A DNA stretch of 63,480 nucleotides, filler included, from Guillardia theta CCMP2712 (taxonomy: Eukaryota; Protista; Cryptophyta): assembly GCF_000315625.1 (NCBI RefSeq). It is 5 parts of 5 records of this genome, joined end to end, with 100 filler letters (N's around TTAATTAATTAA, not from the genome) between each part and the next. Parts side by side here need not be neighbours in the genome. Positions count along the whole stretch, not along the records: positions 46,231 to 56,474 come from NW_005434565.1; positions 56,575 to 63,480 come from NW_005434213.1; 3 more parts are not named here. One strand, 5' to 3'. The notes beneath the pieces are model-generated. The model was not told the DNA's origin. It was given only the letters and a program-made list of their open reading frames with translations, and searched no databases. Each line of letters starts with the position of its first letter. Within the stretch, counting starts at the first letter, position 1. Below, piece after piece: positions 51,123 to 61,840 of this stretch. Made by a program: the position numbers and the translations under genes.

Positions 51123-53155
51123 TCACTTGCCGTTAGATTTCCTGTTGTCGGAGCCAGACTCGTCAGTGAAGGCTGGCATCTTCGGGAATTTATATTCTTG
51201 CTTCGCTTGCTCTTGTGTCCACCAGTCCATGTCTTCAGAGTTCCAGATGACAGGTCCGAAGTGCTTGATGGGAGCGCCGTGGTGAAACCTGACTGGCTCT
51301 GCTGCTTGCTCATACAGTGGTTTGGGAAGAGGCAAAGCTGGAGGAGGAGGCACTTTCGGCTGAGGCTGCGGTGGAGGAGGAGGAGTCATCGGTCTCTGCA
51401 CCACCGGCTGAGGTTTTGGGATCGTGGGGGGAGGCACGTAAGGAGGCTCACGATGGATCGCCGGCAAGAAGACCACCACCAGGATCATCAGGAGGAGGAA
51501 GCCCGCAATAGGAATGCAAATGTACACCTCCATCCCCGCGCTTGTTGCTTCCTTCTTCACGGGCCCCGCAGTGATGGCTGTCGATCGCAGGACGGTATAC
51601 TCAGAGAATCCCGTGATGGGTGAAGTCACCACTGCTCTGTGCTTGCCGTTCCCAAGCTTGACAATGACGACATTTGCCCCAGCAACTGGTTTCCAGGTGG
51701 ATCCAACAGCCTTATGTATCATCAACTTCTCGCTGCTGGAGAATTTGGCATCCGCATCCATATCAACAGCAATCTGGAGGGTTACTGCACCTGTGAAGTT
51801 CAAGCCCGCTGGATGAAACTTCAACACTGGAGAAGCAACGAAAGCCTGACTTGGAATTGGAATGGAAGGCTTGTGCAGACGGGTTACTTTCATTCTTCTT
51901 GCTTCGTTGTCTGAAGGAATATGCCTCTTCTTCAGATATATCTGTGCATCAAAGTCAATTCAACTATGACACTAACTGCGCAAAACATACCCCATGCCCA
52001 TTCACAATCGACATGTTCAAATGATGATCGCAGTCCCCAGCGCATGTTTTCAATTCCATTCCTTTGGATCTCACAGAACGTCCGTAGCATGGAAATTGAC
52101 TCGAACATCCTAAAGTGCTTCGGCAATAATCTTTGACTTGCTTGTTTTCGCTGCCAAGGACCTTTCCAGTAGGTGTCGAGCACCCCATGGTGCCATAGAA
52201 CTCTTCACAGTAGCTGCAGCACATCGGCATTTCTCGTGACACAACAGGATTGGAGGGAAGCTTGGCCCCGTGCATGCCTGAGCCTGGAATGGTTGCATCA
52301 GCAGCAGAACATTCACTGTCCATGTTGCAAGTCGCCAGGTTGTCAATGCCAACAAATGCAGTAGATGGCGATTCAGAACAACAAAGCATCTGTTTCTCAA
52401 CAGCAGTGGCTGTAGGAAGAGAAGGATATCCAACAGCATCAGCAGCTCCGATTGCCTTGCAGCTTGAAGTAAGCGAGGCTTCACATCTCGCAGCCTCAGT
52501 GAATTTCTGTCCTTGTACATATGCTCGAACTTCATCTTGGGACTGTGCACACATCTTGACTTGATACTCGCCCGCACAAAATCCATCAGAAGAATGGATT
52601 GTCACCGAGTGACAGCCCAAGACGGCAATGCCCGGCCAGTGTTCGATTGGATGGAACACTGCCAAGTGGACAGGCTCTTGCTTTGAATGAAGAGACACCA
52701 TGAATTGCTTTCCAAGTGCTTGATCGATCCCCTTCTTAGGTGTGGAAATTCTCCATGATGATTTCAACGTGACTGCAACTTCATCACCTGCATTGATGCT
52801 CTTGAGGGCAGTCAGAGTCAACAGTCCGTCGACAGTCCATTCGAACATCCAGTCTGAATCGATTTGGCCAGACTTTGGCAAGCCGCCGAATCCTGGAATT
52901 TTCCATAGAATCTGGTCATTGGTATGAATCTTTTGGTTTGAGGTAAATCCAAGGATGATTTCAGAGTCTTTTCCTGGAAGCCTTGCATCCTTGACCTTGT
53001 AGTCGATTGAAGTAGAAAAAAGTGCACTTGACCCTGCGTTTCATCCGAAGAGCAGTCAAGAACTCACACAGCTGTTAAGAAGAAAGGATGTTACCAGCAC
53101 GTACGAAAGTTGCAGAGGCAAGGACGATGCATACCAACAACACTAAATCCTTCAT
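51123..53155 (-). CDS. Type I membrane protein: signal peptide, Cys-rich ectodomain, ZU5-like domain, TM helix, Pro-rich tail
   Basis: MKDLVLLVCIVLASA; ORFs 51964-52881 and 51123-51893; SPVLKFHPAGLNFTGAVTL...ITGFSEY; TM VYICIPIAGFLLLMILVVVFL. Confidence 0.6.
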
Positions 53156-54826
53156 CTGCTCAAATTCAAATCACGGCACGAAAATTCAAACAGAAGTGAA
53201 GGAATCCAAGCTTACCATCTCTTCGGGGAGGTTTTCTTATGAGAATCACAGGGCAGGAAATCAAAGTATCCACAGCTCAGCGTCAATGTCCCTCTTTCTT
53301 CCTCTTCCTCTACCTCTACTCCCTCACCAAGCTCTCTTGCATGGCGCGCCTTTCCAGTGCCTCTCCTACACCACCCCACCCCACCCCATCGTACTCCCCG
53401 GGGGCCTAAAGTTGATACATCCCCACCCCACCTTTTTCCGCGACAATTGTACCTCCACCCTCCCCCTTTGTTCGGAAGCTGCCAGCCACCCCGTCCAGAT
53501 ACTCATTCAGTACCCCTATTTCTGTGTTTCTACCATTACAAGTACCCCCTGGATTCTCCTCCACCGTTTGCTGTTCCCACCCCACCCCTCGTTGTGTTTG
53601 AAAACGGCTAGAACTGAGATTGACTATGGAGATTCCTAGTAGCAATCAACCTTGACTAATACCCTTCAATTTTGATTTTTCATTTTGACAATAACGTTGT
53701 ACTCTTTGACTTTAACACTTGCATTGTATATGGGCATATTGACTACTACTCAAATATTTGACTATGAAAATACTCCATTGACTACAAAACCAGCAAATCG
53801 GGACCTACCAGCCTCTCGCGCGAATCTTGACTATAGCCCTTATATTGCCTGCTACAGCCGCCGAGCAGTACCCCTCAGCCCCAATTCGGACCCGGGTCGG
53901 TCGGGGAAGGGGGGGACTCGGAAGGGCAGGTCTGCCGAACTTGAACGCTTCGGACGAGTCTTCCGATGTCCGGGCCCAGTCGGATCCGGCGGGCGGCGGG
54001 CGGCCGCCCGGTCACTGTCATCCGAGTGAGTGCCAACAGCAGTCCGATCGGAGCGCGGATTCGTGACGTGCACGGTGACGGCGGGGCCCGGCCGGGCGGC
54101 GCCCAGCCGCCCAGCCGGGCCGCCCAGCCGCCCAGCCGCCATAGACAGTGCAGGTGCGAGCCAGTAGTGCGGCCGCGGCGGCAGCCGCCGCCCCGGGCCG
54201 CCGGGCGGCCCACTGCAGTGTCCCGGTCCGGCGGACCCGGTCCGATCATCAGTGTGACTCAGCAGTGAGCCGGACTCGAAGTGCTCCCTCATCCCCGCTC
54301 ATTTCAAGCTTGGAGGTACGAACAAGACCACCCCCACCCCGACATCAGACCAACTTAGTACCCCTTGGATCCGTGCGACAGGTTGAAACGGTCGGTTCGG
54401 TTGGCCGGCATGGAACGAATGCGATCGAGGAGAGGAGGGAAAGGACGGCGAATGAGAAGAAATTTGAGAATGAACAATGAGTGAAAGCCAGACTTGTGTT
54501 GAATGATCCTTGGACAGATGGACATGAAATATTATGATTCTTGTCGTTTCAAGCTATCGCACAAGCCGAAAGCAAAACAGGAATTGAACTGAGGGCATAT
54601 GGAAAGAGGAAATTAGAAATCAATCAAGAAGGGAGGCAGTAGATAGGCATATGACGTCCGAATATGGATGACATGGTTTTGATGGGAGGGTGTAAGAAGC
54701 TTTCCCTGCAAGAATTGAATGCTTCCTCTGCCTCCAGGTGGAGCGAAGAGCGGATAACGAGCAAGGATGCCGTCAACGAAGAGAGCGCCGAACCCACTTC
54801 TTATCACAGCAGAGGCATGCTTCCTG

Positions 54827-55883
54827 TCGCGATCTGTCTCGTGACTTGCTGTGCCCGACTACCTGTTCCTATATGCCTTCTACTGCACCCCCATTTCTCT
54901 TCGTCGCTCGTTTGATTCTCCCTCTCATTGGCTATGGTGGGCAGGTCGGAAAACCGAAACCATCAACGATGAATCTGCCACCCCCCGAGCATGTCTACGG
55001 GTACAAGATGATGTTGGACGCCGCGGGAGCAGGAAACATCATCGGGGGGTGGATGGAGCACACGTAAGGGCGCGCTTGCGCTTGTTTTATGCTACTCTTG
55101 CTGACGGCAGGCAGGCCCAACGAGGCGACGCAGCCAGGACGAGACTTCAAGAAACTCAATAGAATGGCGATCATCAAGGGCTCTGGGCTTACTCCCTCTC
55201 AGGTTCATTCTCTCCGAGCCCCAACCTGGTAGCTCATCCTGTTCCAGGTGGCAGACTTCCGGAGGACACACGATGCGCGGCTGAGAGGAGGAAGCATGCA
55301 GCATCAGCAGGTGCGCTGCATGGACCTACATCTCTCATCATGGCGCTCACAACCTTGCCAGGCGATCGTTCTCCCCTCCTCCCGTGACCCGGAGTTTGCG
55401 TATGGGGTGAAGAATGTGTACGGGACTGAGATGGGAGCGCTGATCAGCAACCAGTAAGAATGAGAACAGCAAAGCGAGCTCTGATGTCTGTTTGAAGGTA
55501 CATGCGAGACTTCATTCAGAGTCAGCAAAGGAAGGAGACTCAGAGTAGGATGGCGAGCAAGAAGATCCCTGTCATGGTAAGAAGCCACCTTCTCGCTTCT
55601 GCCCTCATCTCACTTGCTCTCTTACAGCACACCAAAGCTTCTCTTGGTCATAGGTGACATCCCCTCCCCTAATCTTCACCTTGAGTTCTTTCTCTCCCTC
55701 CTTCTCTTTCCCTTCCCCTCGTTCCCATTCTCTGCTCCGCAGCAGCCCCTCCCCCCTCCCTGTTTCCCCTGCTGTCTAAATGCTCGGCAGGTACGTTGAA
55801 GTCATGCCCGACGATCGCACGCCTTTCAAGATGAAGAGATTCCTCAACGTAGAAGGAAAGTTGTCGCGCGACCAGAGCAGGTG
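54827..55883 (+). CDS. CFAP77/C9orf171-like flagellar protein
   Basis: GKPKPSTMNLPPPEHVYG, GGWMEH, GRDFKKLNRMAI, DFRRTHDARL, FAYG...MGALISNQY. Confidence 0.75.
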
Positions 55884-56677
55884 AAGGAAGTTGTGGGCAG
55901 GGGGGGAAAGCAGGGAGGGAGGAAGAGGGACGGGCAAAATTGGGATTGTTGGCGGCAAGGGAGATTAAGAGAACTTGGGTGGTTTGAAGTTGACGAGCAT
56001 GCTAGCATCTCGAAGATGACCAGCAAGTCGATACTTGAAGGATGATGTAACTTGTGGATCATCGAAGATGATGAAGAAACAAGATGAAGAACAAGGAAAA
56101 CACAACAATTCAAACTCATCTACGAAATCATGTTTTTATCTATTCTCTGACATGTAAAACCCTCTCAAACAATAAATCGGATATTCCTCCCCTACCCCCC
56201 CTTCTATGTACATAGTTTCTTTCTTCCATTCCCCCCGATTCCTGCCGCTCTATCTCCACCTCCCTTGCTGGCTTGTAAGCCCACGCCATCTCCCTCATGT
56301 TCTCCTCAACCATCTATCGGTCGCCCACATCCCCACCGCCGTCATCCCTGCAAGGAGCACTGACAGCAACGGCACCTTCCTCATGAGCAGCGACAGCCCC
56401 ACCCCTGCCATCATCCCTATCCCCTGCTCGAGCATTAGAACCTTCTTCCTGCTCCTCCTCCCTCCCCCCCCCCCNNNNNNNNNNNNNNNNNNNNNNNNNN
56501 NNNNNNNNNNNNNNNNNNTTAATTAATTAANNNNNNNNNNNNNNNNNNNNNNNNNNNNNNNNNNNNNNNNNNNNTATGTCTTGTTGCTGCCTTTTGTGCA
56601 TTTGGTGCTGATGGTCTGAGGCGGGTGGCTTTCTACTAGGGAGAGGACCAAGGGGATCAAGGGGGGAACCAACGACA

Positions 56678-57247
56678 TTGGCGACAAGAAGAAAGACTGG
56701 ACATACAGAGCTGCAGGATCTAAGGATAGATTGCAATCATTTCAAGATATCTGATCAAGAAATGACAACGTGGATGTCTTATGCGCAAAAAACGAAACTG
56801 AATCCTTTGATTGTGAAGTTCAACAAGATCAATCTTGAGAACTCTTGCTTGAGTGATGTCAAGGACATCATCTTTGATAGGTACATGGAGTTGTGCAAGA
56901 CAGAGATCAAGGAATTCAACCTTGACAACTTTATGTGCCAGATTTGCTGCTCTTGGACACCTTGTAAAGAGCGGAATATATCGGATGTGTGCAAGACCTG
57001 CAGAGATAATTATTTTGTATGGAGATGCTCTATGTGTGATGATGATGTGTTTGAGCACCTCGACGCAATAGTAACCGCAGAATATCTGTGCGATGGATGC
57101 TATATGGAGGTGCCATACTGCAAGAGATGTTACGAAGAGGAGCTCGAGTTCTCATGCTGGAAATGTGGAGACATATACAAGCTGTGTAATGGATATGATG
57201 AGGACTGTTGCTCATATGGTTGCACGTCTGGAGACGAATGGTGGTAG
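56678..57247 (+). CDS. Intronless, AT-richer Cys-rich (multiple CxxC) hypothetical protein
   Basis: 189-aa ORF with CQIC, CKTC, CSMC, CDGC, CKRC and CWKC. Confidence 0.55.
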   Translation: MATRRKTGHTELQDLRIDCNHFKISDQEMTTWMSYAQKTKLNPLIVKFNKINLENSCLSDVKDIIFDRYMELCKTEIKEFNLDNFMCQICCSWTPCKERNISDVCKTCRDNYFVWRCSMCDDDVFEHLDAIVTAEYLCDGCYMEVPYCKRCYEEELEFSCWKCGDIYKLCNGYDEDCCSYGCTSGDEWW

Positions 57248-59145
57248 ACAACAAGGATCCAGGGGGTTACATTTTACAAACTGTGCACCTTCAATCCAAG
57301 CATATTTTTTCATCAATGTTTGGATGTTCATTCTTACAAATCTCCAATACACTCTTCACAATCTAGCCTTCTTCTCTTGTGGCTACATTGTTCATCTTCA
57401 CAATCTAGCCTTCTCCGTTATCTACTCTCCTCTCCGGCAGCTTTTCCTCTGACCTGATCTTCTCATCTCTTGGATCTGCTCTCCTTCACTGGTTTCCCTC
57501 TCCTCTCCTCTCGTGNNNNNNNNNNNNNNNNNNNNNNNNNNNNNNNNNNNNNNNNNNNNNNNNNNNNNNNNNNNNNNNNNNNNNNNNNNNNNNNNNNNNN
57601 NNNNNNNNNNNNNNNNNNNNNNNNNNNNNNNNNNNNNNNNNNNNCCCCTTGTCATTTCACTCCACTACCTCCCCCCTGTCCATTCCTCTTCTCCGCTCTC
57701 TGCTCTCTGCTTCTCCCTGCCCTGCTCGTNNNNNNNNNNNNNNNNNNNNNNNNNNNNNNNNNNNNNNNNNNNNNNNNNNNNNNNNNNNNNNNNNNNNNNN
57801 NNNNNNNNNNNNNNNNNNNNNNNNNNNNNTCTTCTCCTCCTCTCTCCTCTCCTCTTCCATCTGTTCCCTTTGCTTTTCTGATCGCCTTTCTACTCTACTG
57901 GCTGAGGCTTGAAGAGAAGCAGCTCGACAGGTAAAACCAACGAGAGAGAAACGAGAGAAGAGAGAAAACGACAAGGGAAGGGAGAGAGAGAGGGTAAGAA
58001 AGGGGAAGATGAACAAGCCAGTAGACAACGAGAGATGTTTACAAGATGTTTAGGAGAGGGTGAGAAAGAGGGGAAGAGAAAAGAGCAGAATCACGACCAG
58101 CAGCCAAGATGCAGAAAGAGAAAGAGACAGAGAGACAGAGAGACAGTGAGAGACAGACAGACAGACAGACAGACAGAGACAGCGAGACAGAGAGATAGAG
58201 AGAGGATAAGACGTGAGGTATGTNNNNNNNNNNNNNNNNNNNNNNNNNNNNNNNNNNNNNNNNNNNNNNNNNNNNNNNNNNNNNNNNNNNNNNNNNNNNN
58301 NNNNNNNNNNNNNNNNNNNNNNNNNNNNNNNNNNNNNNNNNNNNNNNNNNNNNNNNNNNNNNNNNNNNNNNNNNNNNNNNNNNNNNNAGCTGTACTGCAA
58401 CAAACATCAAGAAAGTCATATCTAGAGAGAGACAATGAGAAGAAGAAAAAACTAGGAGGAGGAAGAAAAGGATCAAGAAAATTAAGGAGAGGACGAAAAG
58501 AAAGAAGCAAAACCAAGAACCANNNNNNNNNNNNNNNNNNNNNNNNNNNNNNNNNNNNNNNNNNNNNNNNNNNNNNNNNNNNNNNNNNNNNNNNNNNNNN
58601 NNNNNNNNNNNNNNNNNNNNNNNNNNNNNNNNNNNNNNNNNNNNNNNNNNNNNNNNNNNNNNNNNNNNNNNNNNNNNNNNNNNNNNNNNNNNNNNNNNNN
58701 NNNNNNNNNNNNNNNNNNNNNNNNNNNNNNNNNNNNNNNNNNNNNNNNNNNNNNNNNNNNNNNNNNNNNNNNNNNNNNNNNNNNNNNNNNNNNNNNNNNN
58801 NNNNNNNNNNCATCACTCTCAGACCACCTACCCCTCTCGTCCCTCTCCTTCATGTACCCTCTACCCCCCTCCCATCAAGAGAGGTCAATCTTTTCTTCAT
58901 TCGAGCAATACACCCTGACACTGAGTGCCCTCAGTGACCGGGCCTGGCCCCGAGGCCCCGGGGCCGCGGCCCGGTGCTTCAGCTACTCCCGTCCCGGGCC
59001 CGAGGAGGGACTCCGGTGAGTAGAGGATGAAAGCTGCGGGGCTGTACAAGACATGTGCTATCCGAGTCATACGGCAGTAGATGGCTCACTAGTGCAAGCA
59101 CAAGCGATGAGAGGCCTAGACCAGTCTCCTCGCATGTCTCCCTAG

Positions 59146-59950
59146 TCACGAGTAGATCCTGCACATGCTCGTCCCGCTCGAGCGACACATCGGGCATGAC
59201 CTAGACGTCGCTGCCTCCTTGCAGTCCTCGCACAGACACTTGTGACCACAGGGGATCAGCGCCCATTCAGCTCTTCGATCCATGCAGACGACGCATGGCT
59301 GCCCGCGCTCTCCGACGGCATCATCGTATCGCTGCTGAAGCTTCTTCCGCAGCTCGCTGAAGCTCGGCCGCTCCTTGATCTTCTCCCGCCAGCACTCTCG
59401 CATGATGGCATACACTGCTGGAGGGCATGCAGCAGGAGCCGCTAGTCGCTCCCCGTCCACAACCTTGGGTCCTACAAGCTCATCGTCGGTGATGGCCCAG
59501 TAAGGGACTTTGCCGTAAGTCCAGACCTCCCACAGCGTCACCCCGAACGCCCACACGTCGCTCTTCTCCGAGTAGCGATGTCTCAGCAAGCTCTCCGGCG
59601 CCATCCATCGCGCCCGTCCAGCCCTCGAGCCTGCCGAGCTCTCGCTCCCTACCCGACTCACTCCGTCACCGCGCGAGCCCATGATCCATCGCCCGTAGTC
59701 GGCTACCTTGACTCTCACCCCGAGGTGATCCTGCCCTTGCAGACTCCACACAAGCACGCTCCTCGCCGCCAGCTCCCGGTGTACAACATCGTGCAGCGAC
59801 AGCTGCTCCATCCCGTCGCAGATCTGCCTCGCCACCTCCAGCTGCACCAGCTCGCCCATCGTCTCCTCCTCCTCTGCGAAGCTGCGCAAGGTCCTCTCGA
59901 GAGAGCCCTGGCAAGCGTACTCAGTCACCAGGCAGTAGTCGCCAGAGCTT
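59146..59950 (-). CDS. Tyrosine-kinase-like C-lobe + C3HC4 RING (N-lobe absent; probably a disrupted gene end)
   Basis: LVTEY, HRELAARSV, KVADYG, RWMAPE, SDVWAFGVTLWE, RPSF; CVVC...PCGH...C..C...CPMC. Confidence 0.85.
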
Positions 59951-60646
59951 GGCTGCTGGTGTTGCTGCTGGCGCTTGCGCTTCTTCGTCTTGTACAGCCT
60001 GAGGGAAGGACTTCTTCTTGTCCTGCGTCGAGTCTTGCCCTTGTACAGCCTGAGGGAAGGACTAGCGCTACTGCTCCTTGCTGCTCGAGCTCACTCGCCT
60101 CGTGCCAGCTCTCGCTCCTCGCAAGCTTCTGCTCCTTGTTGTATCCATGAGGATCCGGAACCACGGATACTCGTCGGATACTCTGCCGGATATTCCCTAT
60201 ATAGGCGGATGCATCTCGTGCGGACGGCCTCCTGAATTTCCCCCACTTGCATGCACAGTGAGTGTGGTGGTTGTGCGTAGTTTACCTCCTAGTAAACTTA
60301 GAGACTTCTATTTCCTGCTTCTCTATCTTCTTCATCCTTACTTTACTCCTCGTCCTACCAGCAGTGAGGGGAGCCACCCGTACTTGCTAGTCTCTCTCAG
60401 GCACCAGGGGTCATCCTCCCGAGCACATCTAGTCGTTGTATGCATCAAGCGCTTTGAGAGTCGTTTGCCTGACTTGGAGTGCTGTCCCTTAGCTGGGGTA
60501 GGTGCAGTCTTGAGGTCAGCTCGCTTTTACTAGGGCTCTGATAGATATGAGAGCGATTTCTATGGCTGCAGCTTGTTGGCTCAGTCTTAGTCCATACCTT
60601 AACTTGTAAGATAATCCTTAACCTCTGACTTAATCGCCAAAGTCAA
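59951..60646. other. Non-coding insert/replacement between the ankyrin array and the kinase, possibly a mobile-element fragment
   Basis: Abrupt loss of coding frame on both sides; internal 23-bp direct repeat TTGTACAGCCTGAGGGAAGGACT (59990, 60041). Confidence 0.35.
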
Positions 60647-61840
60647 GCATGTTTTGCCGTCGTTGTCCTTCTCGCTCAGACCTCCTCCCCGCATGTCTCT
60701 GCAAGGTACCGCAGCACCTCCAGGTGCCCTCCCTCACTCGCATAGTGCGCGCATGTCCTGCCATACTCGTCCTTCTCCCTCAGCAGCTCCTCCTCGCATG
60801 TCTCCGCCAAGTACAACAGCATCTCCAGATGACTCGCCAAGTGCGCGCATGTCATGTCGAAATCGGTCTTCTCGCTGAGCAGCTCCTCCCCGCATGTCTC
60901 TGCAGCATACCGCACTACCTCTAAGTAACCTCCCTAGCTAGCAAAGTGCGCGCATGTCCCGCCGTCATTGGCCTTCTCCTGCCGTTGTTGACCGTCTCCC
61001 TCAGCACCTCCTCCCCGCATGTCTCTACAGCATACCGCACTACCTCCAAGTGCCCACCTGCACTCGCCAAGAGCGCGCATGTCTGGCCGTCTATGGTCTT
61101 CTGCCTCAGCAGCTCCTCCCCGCATGTCTCTGCAACATACCGCAGCACCTCCAAGTGCCCTCCCTGACTCGCCAAGTGCGCGCATGTGATGCCGTACTGG
61201 TCCTTCTCCCTCAGCACCTCCTCCCCGCATGCCTCTACAGCATACCGCACTACCTCCAAGTGCCCTCTATAACTCGCCACATACGCGCATGTGTAGCCTT
61301 CCTTGTCCTTCTCCCTCAGCACCTCCTCCCCGCATGTCTCCCCAACATACCGCAGCACCTCCAAGTGCCCTCCAGCACTTGCAAAGTGCGCGCATGTCCT
61401 GCCGTCTTCGTCCTTCTCCCTCAGCACCTCCTCCCCGCATGTCTCTGCAGCATACCGCACTACCTCTAAGTGCCCTCCATGACTCGCAAAGTGCGCGCAT
61501 GTCATGCAATGCATGGCCTTCTCCCTCAGCACCTCCTCCCCGCATGTCTCTGCAGCATACCGCAGCACCTCCATGTGCCCTCCCTCACTCGCCCAGTGCG
61601 CGCATGTCCTGCCGTCATTGGCCTTCTCCCTCAGCATCTCCTCCCCGCATGTCTCTGCAGCATACCGCACTACCTCCAAGTGCCCTCCATGGCTCGCCAT
61701 GTGCGCGCATGTGTAGCCTTCCTTGTCCTTCTCCCTCAGCACCTCCTCCCCGCATGTCTCTACAGCATACCGCACTACCTCCAAGTGCCCTCTATAACTC
61801 GCCAAGTGCGCGCATGTCCTGCCGGCATTGTCCTTCTCCA
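60647..61840 (-). repeat. 105-bp coding tandem repeat (about 12 ankyrin units)
   Basis: KxxxGxTCAHxASxxGHLEV(V/L)RYxxETCGEE(V/L)LRE with 105-bp period. Confidence 0.95.

Noticed and set aside
53852-54480. Gly/Arg/Pro-rich ORFs in the GC island
   Set aside because: Low-complexity CCGG-rich DNA with no protein-like signal; treated as non-coding.
57422-58937. ORFs spanning N gaps and (GACA)n/(GA)n tracts
   Set aside because: Artefacts of ambiguous bases and simple repeats.
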